Of a stretch of DNA of 64,000 nucleotides, positions 46,177-56,600 are shown piece after piece; positions within the stretch are counted from its first letter, which is position 1, and each line of letters begins with the position of its first letter. Both the position numbers and the translations under genes were made by a program. Under the pieces are notes generated by a model. It did not search any database. It worked only from the letters and a program-made list of their open reading frames with translations, and was not told where the DNA came from. Origin of the DNA: Rebecca billardiae RCC1528 (lineage: Eukaryota; Protista; Haptophyta); assembly GCA_965240325.2 (NCBI GenBank), contig OZ251227.1, forward strand, positions 620,001 through 684,000, in the 5' to 3' direction.

Positions 46177-49100
46177 ATGCGCTGGCAGCGCGCCGCCATC
46201 GCCGGCGCGTCGCGCGTCGCGCTCGCGCTGCTGCTGCTGGCGCCCGCCGCGCGCGCGTTCGACGCGTACAAGTTCAAGAAGTGCGCCGACAACGCCTTCT
46301 GCCGCCGCCACCGCGCGCGCGCCGACGCGCCCGCCGACTCGTACGCGGCGGACGCGTCGACGCTCGCCGTCGAGTCGGACGAGCTGCGCGTGATCGTCGC
46401 GTCGTCCGAGCACCGCGTGCCGCTCGAGCTGCGGCTCACGGCGGCGGGCGACGCGCTGACGGCACGCGTCCGCCTCAAGGAGCTCGAGCCGCTCCACCCG
46501 CGCTTCGAGGTCCCGCACGTGCTCGTCGACGGCGCGGCCGCGCCCGCGCCGCTGCGCGTGCTCGCGCGCGACGCCGCGGGCGTGACGGTCGCGCTGGGCG
46601 CGGAGGGCGCGGGCGGCGGCGAGGTGCGGCTGGAGTTCTCGCCGCTCCGCCTCCACTTCTCCGCGCCCGCCGCCGGCGCGCCCGCCGCCGCGCCCCTCGT
46701 GCGCCTCGCCACGCTGAACGCGCGCGGGCTGCTCGAGTACGAGCACTACCGGCAGAGGCCGGCCGCGGCGGCGGGCGGGGAGGCGGGCGCGGCGGCGGGC
46801 GAGGGGGAGGCGGCGGCGGGCGAGGGGCCCGAGCAGCCGGAGGCCGAGCCCGCCGAGCCGCCCGTCCCCGCGCCCCCGGACTCCACCGGACTGTGGGAGG
46901 AGGAGTTTCAGTCGCACCGCGACACCAAGCCCAAGGGCCCCGCCTCGATCGGCCTCGACTTCTCGCTGCATGGCTTCGAGCACGTGTACGGGCTGCCCGA
47001 GCACGCGACGGCGCTCAGCCTCAAGGACACGCGGTGCGCGCCGCCGCGCACCGCGCCGCCCCTCGCTCGATGCGCGCGCGCGCGCTCACGCGCCGCGCCG
47101 CGCCGATCGCGCGCGGCCCCGCTGCCGCGCTGCGCAGCGGCGAGGGCGCGTACCCCGAGCCGTACCGGCTGTTCAACCTCGACGTGTTCGAGTACGACCT
47201 GGACTCGCCGTTCGCGCTGTACGGCTCCGTCCCGCTCCTCCTCGCGCACGCGCCCGACCGCGCCGTGGGCGTGCTCTGGCTGAACGCGGCCGAGATGTAC
47301 GTGGATGTGGCGCGCGAGCGGGGCGGGGGCGGGGGCGGGGGCGGGCTGTTTGGCGGCGGGGGGAAGGGGGGCGGCGCGTCGGCGGTGCACACGCACTGGA
47401 TGGCCGAGTCGGGCGTGCTCGACGCCTTCGTGCTCCTCGGCCCGACGCCGCGCGCGCTCGCCCGCCAGCACACGCGGCTGGTGGGCACGCCGTTCCTGCC
47501 GCCGCTCTTTGCACTCGGCTACCACCAGTGCCGCTGGAACTACAACGACGAGGCGGACGTGCGCGCGGTGGACGCGGCGTTCGAGGCGCACGACTTCCCG
47601 TACGACGTGCTCTGGCTCGACATCGAGCACACCGACGGCAAGCGCTACTTCACGTGGGACGAGCGCAAGTTCCCGCGCCCCGCCGCGCTGCAGGAGGCGC
47701 TGGGCGCGCGCGGCCACCGCACGGTGGTGATCATCGACCCGCACATCAAGCGGGACGAGGGCTACGAGGTGCACGCGCAGGCGACGAGCCGGGGGCTGTA
47801 CGTGCGCACGCACGCCAACGAGACCTTCGACGGCTGGTGCTGGCCCGGCTCCTCCTCGTACCTCGACTTCCTGCAGCCGGACGTGCGCGCGTTCTGGGCT
47901 GAGCGGCTGCAGCTGCGGCAGTACGCGGGCAGCACGCGCCACCTGCACGTGTGGAACGACATGAACGAGCCGAGCGTGTTCAACGGGCCGGAGGTGACGA
48001 TGCAGAAGGACTGCCTGCACGCGAACGGCGGCGTGGAGCACCGCGACGTGCACAACCTGTACGGCCACCTCCAGGCGATGGCCACGCGGCAGGGGCTGCT
48101 CGAGCGCGAGATGGACGGCCCCGCGGGCGCGCAGCGCAAGCGGCCGTTTGTGCTCACGCGCGCCTTCTTCGCGGGCACGCAGCGGCTGGCGGCGGTGTGG
48201 ACGGGCGACAACATGGCCAAGTGGGAGCACCTCGCCGCGGCCACGCCGATGCTGCTCACGCTCGGGCTCGGCGGCATCACCTTCTGCGGCGCGGACGTGG
48301 GCGGTGCGCGCGCGCCCGCGCGCGCCCTCTTTGCGCGCGCGCTCCACCCCTCGACCCGTCTGCCCGCACCACCCCTCGCCCTCCCCGCCTCCCGCCGCGC
48401 AGGCTTCTTCTACAACCCGGACACCGAGCTCCTCGAGCGCTGGTACCAGGCGGGCGCGTACTACCCCTTCTTCCGCGCGCACGCGCACATCGAGACCAAG
48501 CGGCGCGAGCCTTGGCTCTTTGGCGAGCAGACGCTGGCGCGCGCGCGGGAGGCGGTGCGCGAGCGGTACCGGCTGCTGCCGTACCTGTACACGCTGTTCG
48601 CCGCGGCGCACGCGGACGGCGCGCCGCCGATGCGCCCGCTCCACTTCGAGTTCCCGACCGACGAGCCCACGTTTGCGCAGGAGGACGCCTTCATGCTCGG
48701 GCCAGCGCTGCTCGTGCGGCCGGTCGCGCAGCCAGGGGTGAGCGCAGTCGAGCTGCGGCTGCCGGGCGCGGCGGCGCGCGCGCACGGCGGCGGCGAGCCG
48801 GCGGCGCGGTGGTACGACGCGCACACGTCGGCGTACGCCGGCGACGGCGGCGCGCGCGCCTCGCTCGCCGCGCCGCCCGAGCGCATCCCCGTCCTCCAGC
48901 GCGGCGGCACCATCGTGCCGCGCCGCGAGCGCGCGCGCCGCGCGTCCAACTCGATGGCCTTTGACCCGTACACACTCGTCGTCGCGCCCGACGCGGCGGG
49001 CGGCGCGCGCGGCGAGCTGTACCTCGACGACGGCGAGAGCTACGCGCACGAGGAGGGCGCATTCGCGTGGCGGCAGCTCTCGTACGCGGGCGGCACGCTC

Positions 49101-49367
49101 GAGTGCGCGCAGAGCGCCTCGCGGCCGCGCGGCGCGGCGGGCGCGTGCGACGCGGTGCGCGGCGCGCGCTCGGCCGTCGAGCGCGTCGTGCTGCTCGACG
49201 TGGCCGCGCCGCCCGCGCGCGTGCGGCTGGTGGGCGCGGGCGGCGCCGAGCGCGAGCTCTCGTTCCGGCACGAGCCGGACGCGCGCGTGCTCGTCGTGCG
49301 CAAGCCCGACGTGCCGGTGTGCGACGACTGGTCGATCGTCCTCGAGCCGGCGGCGGCGACGCGCTGA
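46177..49367 (+). CDS. GANAB: Glucosidase II alpha subunit (GH31). Exons 46177-47033, 47138-48303, 48403-49367
   Basis: Signal peptide, then FKKCADNAFCRR, WEEEFQSHRDTKPKGP, PYRLFNLDVFEY, LGYHQCRWNY, catalytic WNDMNEPSVF, WTGDN, GADVG|GFF and FFRAHAHIETKRREPW. Confidence 0.96.
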
Positions 49368-49781
49368 CGGCCGACACCGGCACACTTGATGTGATTTTGT
49401 GAAGTCACTTGACAGTGACACGCGGGCGGGCACACGCTGCCACGGCGCGGCGGCGGCGGGCGCTCCCGCGGCGCGAGGACCGTGGGCCACGGCCAGGGAG
49501 GCATCGCACGCCGGACTCCAGCCGCGGTTGGGCGGCTGGCTCGGCCGGGGCTCCCCGCCATCGCCGTCCGACGGCTGTGCCCGCGGCTCGCAGCGCTAGC
49601 AACGTAGCTACTAGCAACGGGCGGTGGGTTCCGGCGGCCGAATGCCATGCCCATGCTAGCCGGATTCTTGGCGTCGCTCATAGACACTACTCAGTTATAT
49701 AGGCGTTCCCTATAACGCCACATATATACGTTTATAATTAGCCTGATGTAGTGCCTATGCAGGCGTCGCAGCCATTACCGA

Positions 49782-51257
49782 TTACGACGAGATGACTCCC
49801 GCCTCGCACAGCATCAGCTGCTGAGGCACGTCTACGCCCTCCTCCGGATTGAGTGCGCTGCGGCCGTCACCAAGGGCGGCGGACAGGTGGCCCCACACGT
49901 ACACTTGCCTGTTCGACGTCGTGGCGCAAGAATTGCGATACCCCATGAACACGCCGACCACAAATTCGCCGCCAAGTGCCTCCACGCGTATGGGTACCGT
50001 CAGCCCGCCGGCCTCGTCGCCGTGGCCGAGCAAATCGTACCCGCCGCACGTGTGCATACCACCCTCCGCGTCTAGCAGCGCGGTGGCGTAAGAACCGGCG
50101 GAGGCGCGCACGGTGCGCACGCCCGCAAGAGCCTCGATGCGCCTCGGCACGTTCTGGCGCACTCGGTCGCCGTGCCCAAGCTGCCCCTCGTCACCCCTTC
50201 CGAACGAGTGCGCACAGCCCGCCTCGTCCACTACCACGGAGTGGGACATCCCTGCGCTCACATGGACGGCGCGCACAGCAGCGAGCGCCTCGATGCGCTT
50301 GGGCGTGAGCTGGTGGGCGTTGTCACCACGACCGAGTTCACCACTGCGTCCGTACCCAAACGAGTACACGGCACCCGACGTGCATAGCGCCAGACTGTGC
50401 GCGCCCCCAGCGGAGATGCCGGCGATGCGCGCGTGCGCGAGGCCCTCGACCAGCGTGGGCACGAGCTGCCTCCGATCGACAGCGTAGCCGAGGCGCCCAA
50501 ATCCGTTATGACCCCAGCTGTGCACGCGCCCCGTGGCAGTGAGGGCGAGACAATGTACGTTGCGACTGGAGATGCACACGACGTGCTCGTCGCGCAGCTC
50601 GTCGATGCGCGTGGGGGTGGGCACCTCCTCCACGTCAGTGCCCAGCCCCAGCTGGCCCGAAGCGTTCCTACCGCACGCGTACACGGCGCCAGCGTCGCTC
50701 AGCGCCAGCAGGTGGTGCGAACCGGCGGCGACCGCGGTGATACGCGCGTCGCCAAGAGCGGCCACGCGGCGCGGCTTGAGTTCGCCAGGCGCCTCCTCGC
50801 TCTCGCCGTGCCCGAGCGCGGCGAAGGAGGCAGACCGCCTCTCGCGCTCCTCATCAGCCTCCTCCTCTTCCTCGTCCTCGAACAGCACTCGCTCACCACA
50901 CGTGTACAGCGCTCCCGAGGCACCGACGAGCGCGCTCATCCGTTGCTGCATGCAATCGTCAGACACGGCCGCGACAAGTGCATGTCGCTGCGCCCCGCGC
51001 CAAACGCGCCCCACCTCGAGCAGCAACCGCGTTGCCTTTGGACCCGTGTCCACGTGCTTGGGCAGAAGATGGCCAAACCGGGCGCGCAGAACACTCTCGA
51101 CCAGCGAGCGCGAGGATGGCGCGCCGCGGAAGAGGCGCGACGTGGCGTTCAGCGAGGCCAAGTCCTCCACGTCCTCGACGAAGCCCACGATGCGCTCGAG
51201 GAGCTCGGCATCCAAGGCCGCCAGCCACACTGCGGGCGCACATCCGCGCACGCTCAT
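49782..51257 (-). CDS. F-box-like + RCC1-repeat protein
   Basis: N-terminal LAALDAELLERIVGFVEDVEDLASLNATSRLF (F-box-like). About 6-7 RCC1 repeats (AAGSHHLLAL...VYACGRNASGQLG; SAGGAHSLAL...YSFGYGRSGELG; SAGMSHSVVV...SFGRGDEGQLG). Confidence 0.85.
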   Translation of the reverse strand: MSVRGCAPAVWLAALDAELLERIVGFVEDVEDLASLNATSRLFRGAPSSRSLVESVLRARFGHLLPKHVDTGPKATRLLLEVGRVWRGAQRHALVAAVSDDCMQQRMSALVGASGALYTCGERVLFEDEEEEEADEERERRSASFAALGHGESEEAPGELKPRRVAALGDARITAVAAGSHHLLALSDAGAVYACGRNASGQLGLGTDVEEVPTPTRIDELRDEHVVCISSRNVHCLALTATGRVHSWGHNGFGRLGYAVDRRQLVPTLVEGLAHARIAGISAGGAHSLALCTSGAVYSFGYGRSGELGRGDNAHQLTPKRIEALAAVRAVHVSAGMSHSVVVDEAGCAHSFGRGDEGQLGHGDRVRQNVPRRIEALAGVRTVRASAGSYATALLDAEGGMHTCGGYDLLGHGDEAGGLTVPIRVEALGGEFVVGVFMGYRNSCATTSNRQVYVWGHLSAALGDGRSALNPEEGVDVPQQLMLCEAGVISS

Positions 51258-51347
51258 AGCTCGATCCCGCCCTTCGCAACGCAACGAGCGAACCGCCACC
51301 CGTCGCAGGTGGGCGAACAAAATGGCGTCGCCGCGCGGTCGGGGCGG

Positions 51348-53498
51348 ATGAGGGCCTCGCAAGCGGATGACAGCGCGAAGGATGCGCGGTGGTTCGAGGC
51401 GCGCGCCGAGGAGGGCAGCGACGACGGCGGCGGCAGCAGCGAAGGGAGCGGCGGCGGCGAGGCTGGCCGCGCGCGCGCGTGCGGCGCGTGCTTCGCGTTT
51501 GCCAGCGCGCAGCCGTCGCCGCGCGACGAGGGGTCGGCGCGGCGGTGGGGAGCGGTCGCGCGGGTGACGCCGATGCGTCGCATCTCGACGGCTCTCGGCC
51601 GGGCGCTCCCGTCCATGTCCCACGTGCTCGCCGCCTGGCGCGGCTCGCGCCACTCGCGCGCGGCCGGCGCGGGCTCCTTCCCGTCGCCGTTTGCGGACGG
51701 CGCCGACCCGCAGCACCCCGACCGCTCGTTTGCGTCGTACGTGATCCGGCTGCACGGGCTCGAGCCGGACTCGACGCGCCGCTCGAACGGCGCGTGGCGC
51801 GCGTGGTTCGCCGCCGCCGCGTGCATGCACGTGCTCGCGTTCGTCGCGGACGTGGCCTCCGACCTGCGGTACGACGCGCGCGCGGCGCACTCCGCGTGGG
51901 TCGAGGAGCTGACGCCGCAGCCGTGGGAGGCGCTCGGCGCGCCGCGCGCGGCGCTGGCGCGGCTGCACATCCCGGTGAACGCGCTGCACTCGCTCGGCCT
52001 CCTCTGCTACCGCCTCGGCCCCCTCGCCAGCTTCTTCACGCTGCGCGCGCTCGGCGCGGCCGGGCGGCCGCTCCGGCAGGCGTCCAGGTCGTGGAAGCGA
52101 GAGCTGGGCGTGCTGCTGGGCCTGCGCGCGCCCGGCGGCGGCGGCGGCGGGGTGGGCGGCTCGGGGGAGGCGGCCGGGCTCGGCGACGACTCGCGCACCG
52201 CGCCGCCGCGCCCGCTGATGCACAGCACGCGGCTGCGCATCCGCACCTCCGAGCACCGCGTGTACGCGGCCGTGCTGCTGCTGTGGCTCAGCTACGCGGC
52301 AGCCGTCCAGCTGCGGCCGAGGAGCGAGCGCGTGCGCGGCGTGGCCTCGCGCGCCGTCGCGTTCGTGAACACGAGCATCCTGAGCGGCGTGAGCACGCTC
52401 TGCTGCGCCGCCTTCTACGAGCGCCTCCGCTTCGACACGGCGCTGCTCCACGCGGCCGCGCGCGACGCGGAGGCGTGCGGCGGCGCGCTCGGCGGCGCGC
52501 TCGGCGGCGCGCGCGGCGCGGGCGCAGGCGCGGGCGCGGGCGCGGAGGGCGAGGCCGAGGGCGACACCGCGGCGCGGCTGATCCGCGCGCACCTGCAGCT
52601 CGACGCGCGGCTCACGCGCACCGGGCGCACGTGGCAGCGCCCGGTGATCACCGTCGTCGCCATCGACAGCCTGACCTGCCTGCTGCTGATGCTGCAGCAA
52701 ATGGCCCTGCTCAGCGCGGCCGAGAGCGGGCGCGGGCCGTACGCGCTGTGCGAGCGCGCGCTGGCGGAGGCGGGCGCGGCGGCGGGCGGCGGGGAGGGCG
52801 TGGCGGGGTGCTGGGTGCGCGCGGACCTCGAGTTCGCCGTGGCGTGCGTCTGCCTCGCCCTGCTGCGCCAGGGGCTGCTGGTGCGGGGCGTGGCGCTGCT
52901 GCACCGCGCGCTGTGCACGCACAGAGACGCGCTCGGCAGGCTCTCGCTCGAGAGCGCGCTCGGGCCCGCCACCGCGGAGGAGGAGGTGGACGCCGACGCG
53001 GAGGCGGGGGTGGAGGAGGCGAGGATGGAGCTGCTCGCGATGGCGGCGCAGCTCGGCGCGCGCTGCCCGCCGTCGCTCGCTCACACCGCCGCCCGCTCGC
53101 GCGCGCCCGGCCATGCGCGCGCGGCGACGACGCTCGTGCTGCCGCAGCTGCCGCAGCTGCGCTCGGCGCCGAGCGGCTGCGGCGCGGCCGTGGGCGGCGG
53201 CGGGCCGCGCGACGCGACTCCAGCCGCCGCCGGCCCGTCCGCGCCCTCGGCGCCGTGCGCGCGGCCGCGCGAGGAGCGCGAGGGGCGCGAGGGGGCTCGG
53301 CACTGGGACGACCTGCGCGAGCTGCTCGCACTGCTGCCGCTGCGCGTCACCTTCTACGGGAGAGACCTGGTGCTGGTCTACCGCACGGTGGCGGCGCAGG
53401 CCGTGTCCGTCACGCTGCTGCTGCTGCGACTGTGCTGGGTCAACGCCGTCAGCCGCGGCAGCGGGCACCACGCGTCAGCGTCAGCGGGCACTACGTAA
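51348..53498 (+). CDS. Multi-pass membrane protein, candidate gustatory-receptor-like / DUF3537 7TM ion channel
   Basis: About 7 hydrophobic segments, no signal peptide. LIRAHLQLDARLTRTGRTWQ lies before TM5, a long loop follows TM6, and the C-terminus has a split-helix-like LPLRVTFYGRDLVLVYRTVAAQAVSVTLLLLRL. Confidence 0.6.
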   Translation: MRASQADDSAKDARWFEARAEEGSDDGGGSSEGSGGGEAGRARACGACFAFASAQPSPRDEGSARRWGAVARVTPMRRISTALGRALPSMSHVLAAWRGSRHSRAAGAGSFPSPFADGADPQHPDRSFASYVIRLHGLEPDSTRRSNGAWRAWFAAAACMHVLAFVADVASDLRYDARAAHSAWVEELTPQPWEALGAPRAALARLHIPVNALHSLGLLCYRLGPLASFFTLRALGAAGRPLRQASRSWKRELGVLLGLRAPGGGGGGVGGSGEAAGLGDDSRTAPPRPLMHSTRLRIRTSEHRVYAAVLLLWLSYAAAVQLRPRSERVRGVASRAVAFVNTSILSGVSTLCCAAFYERLRFDTALLHAAARDAEACGGALGGALGGARGAGAGAGAGAEGEAEGDTAARLIRAHLQLDARLTRTGRTWQRPVITVVAIDSLTCLLLMLQQMALLSAAESGRGPYALCERALAEAGAAAGGGEGVAGCWVRADLEFAVACVCLALLRQGLLVRGVALLHRALCTHRDALGRLSLESALGPATAEEEVDADAEAGVEEARMELLAMAAQLGARCPPSLAHTAARSRAPGHARAATTLVLPQLPQLRSAPSGCGAAVGGGGPRDATPAAAGPSAPSAPCARPREEREGREGARHWDDLRELLALLPLRVTFYGRDLVLVYRTVAAQAVSVTLLLLRLCWVNAVSRGSGHHASASAGTT

Positions 53499-53649
53499 CC
53501 ACGACGCGCTGTCGTCAGAAAGATGTGACGACACTCCTGCACTTATAACTTGCTGAGCGGACTACTATACAGTTTATAGCGCGGGGTTGTTGGTTGGGGA
53601 CACCCCCATGCGCGCGCCACAGCGCTGGCGCAATGTCGCCTAGTTAGCG

Positions 53650-56600
53650 CTACTTGCTGCGCACGCAGCCCTTGACGAGCATCCCGCCTTGCCCGGCGAG
53701 TGGCTCGACGACGATGAGCTTGAGCACGAGGCACGCTGCCCAGACGATCATCACCTGCTCGCGCCAGAGGGCGGGGTCGCGCAGCCGGCTGCCCAGCCGC
53801 TCGCCCGCGAGCGAGAGGCCGAGCAGCGCGGTGATGAGCACGGCGGCGGCAAGGAAGTGCGCCGCCCACACCACGCGCGTCTTCCACCGCTTCGGCTTGT
53901 TGGCCCACCAGTTGGCATTCTTGAGCTGCGCCGCCGAGAGGCGCACGCGCTTGCGCACGCGCGAGCCAGTCAGCGGACTCATCGGATCGGCCACCGACTC
54001 GAACGCGGCGACGGCCGCGCGGATGGCGAGGTCGGGAGCGGCGATGACGTGCGCCTGCGTCAGCGCCGAGCCAGTCTCAGACAGCGGCCAGTACGCCACC
54101 TTGACCATCTTGGCGTGCTCGCGCTTGCCGTCGCTGCCGTCGCCGTCGCCGCGCAGCGTCGTGCCGAACGCCGCCTCGGCCACCGCCCTCGGGACGGGCG
54201 CGGCGCGGTACACCGTCTCCACCTGCACGAAGCGCACGTCCGGCAGCTCGCCCTCGCCAAGCTCGATGCGCACCTCGCCGAGGTCCTCGTCAGCCCCGCG
54301 GGTCACCTGCGTGATCAGCTCCTGGATGATCGACGGCCGGTTGCGCATGGTCAACCCGCGCTCCGCGCGCGCCTCGCGCGCAGCCGCGCCTGCCACGAAG
54401 AAGCCGACCATGTGCTCGTCGTGCATCGGGATGGAGACGAGCGCCTCCTCGGGCAGCTCGAGGCGCATCGTGCCGGGCGCCACCGAGCCGCGCCGCGGCG
54501 CCGAGTTGCCGCCGGCGCGCTCAGGCCGCACGCGCTCGCTCGGCGTGCCGGCGGTGACGTTTGCGAGGCTGAAGCTGCGCGTGAGCGAGTGCTTGAGGCC
54601 ACCGGGGCCGTCGCGGCCCACGCGCGACATGCCCGTGGGGCGGACGTACAGAAGGCGCTGCCGGCCGCCCTGCGCGCGCGCGCTGTTGGCCTCGCCGCTT
54701 GCCGAGCTGTCCCTCGAGGGCGCGCGGTGCACGCCGCCGGCGGTGGCGCCTCCCGCCGCCTGCGGCACGTTGTGCGCGTACGTGCGCGTCGCACCGGTGC
54801 CGCCCTCGGCGGCATCCGCGCCCACCGGCTGGCGGAGCGCGCGCTGGCGCTCCTCCTCCGTGAGCGTCTCACCCCGGCGCGCGCGCAGCAGCCCGCTCCG
54901 CTTCGCCGCCCACACGCTCAGCTGCTTGAAGGCGAACGTGGCCGGGAACGAGACTCCCAGCCCGGCGAGCGCGCCAAGCCCCAGCCAGAGCAGCCGCGCG
55001 TCGACCGCCTGGCCGAGCACGAGCGAGATGGCGAGGATCTCGAGAAGGGTGGTGTTGAATTGCGCCATCAGCCGCTGCTTCGACGTCATCGACTCGCCCG
55101 GCAGGCGCATGAGCCACGAGGTGACCATCGAACGCCGCAGCACGTTGGTGAGCACGCGCCACGCGAGCGAAGAGCGCGCGAGCTGCATCCACCCGGGCAC
55201 GCGCGGCTCAACGTCCACGCGCCGGTCGAGCACGCGTGCGACCAAGTGCAGCGAGCCATAGAGCGCGATCAGGACGCTCACGATGACCACGCCCCTGCGT
55301 GGCGGGGAGGGGCGGCGTGGAGGGCGGCGTGTGTGAGCTCAGCTCGAGTGTGCGAGCACCGCACACGCGCCGCAACGCGCCGCCGCAGACGGCGCGGCCA
55401 GCCGCGCGCACGAGCGCGCGCGCGCTCGCGCACGCGCACCAGTAGTTCTCGCCAAGCCGCCTGATCAGAGAGCGGGTGGTGGCGCCCCGCCGCTCTGTGT
55501 CGGAGGACTGGGTGCCGGCCGAGGACGACGTCACCACGACGGGCGCCGACGGGGGCGGGCTGGCAATCACCGGGGCGATGGACTCCTCGAGCGCGCCCGC
55601 CAGCTCGGCTTGCGACGCCTCCGCATCGACCGAGCCGTCCGCCACGCCTACAACTAGCTCGGTGCCGCGCCCCTGCGTGACTTGCGCGAGATCGTTGAGA
55701 GCACCGGCGGTGGTGCCCGCGTCGCGAAGGCTCGTCACCACCTGCCGCGGCAAGACCGCGTGCAGAGCGCCGAGGCAGGGGGCGGCGGGCTGTGAGAGCG
55801 CGCTCGAGCGCGCACGCGCCCGCGCCCGTGCCGCGCGCATGGAGCGCGGCGCCGGCGCAGCGGCGCACCGATTCAGTCGCGGCGGCCACGCCGTCGAGCG
55901 CGGCCTTCATCACGGCGATCGCGGCGGCCGTGCGGTTGGTCGCGTTGCCCGTGCGGCTGGCCGGGTCCACAGCCGCGTCCACGACTGTCTGCAGCGTGCT
56001 CAGCTCCTGCGCGCCGCGGGGAGCGCGTGGGCGAGTGAGGTCGGTGGCGCACGCGCGTGAGCGCGCGGCGGACGCGCGTGCGCACGCACGCGCGCACAGC
56101 CGCAGGCGGGCGCGGCGGGGCGCCGGTCGGGCAGACGGCACTCACCGAGAGCACTGATGGAGGCGCGGGGCTCGGCGCCGGCGCGGGCGCGGTGTCGCTG
56201 CTGTTGCTGACGTCGGGCGTCGGCGGCGGGTCTGGTATCTGCTTGCCGCGCTCGGTGAGGACCTTTGCGAGTGAGCGCATCACCGCCTGCCCGGTCGCCT
56301 CATCGTCCACCGCGCCCGCGCCCGCGCTCGAGAGCGCGCGGCCGATCTCGAGGGCCTGCATCACCACAGTCGTCGCCTGGATGAGCACGCCCACCGTCCG
56401 GATCGACAGCTCGCGTTGCTCCACGCTCGCGTCCGGCTCGTCCGACTCTGTAAGCGCAAGGAAGGGATCGTACTGGTACACAGAGCCGCTGCCGACCAGC
56501 CCGCCCAGCCCGAGCGAGACGAGGAGGTCGCGCTCGGCCGTGGGGCTCGGAGGCGCGTTGGCGAGCAGCGTGGTGAGCGGCGTGAGCACCGTGCCCACGC

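Noticed and set aside
49782-53471. 1229-aa ORF as a single protein
   Set aside because: The N-terminal ~740 aa are the antisense of the 7TM gene; the real gene starts at ATG 51257. The 45156-49367 ORF is similarly inflated by ABCD antisense and intron sequence.
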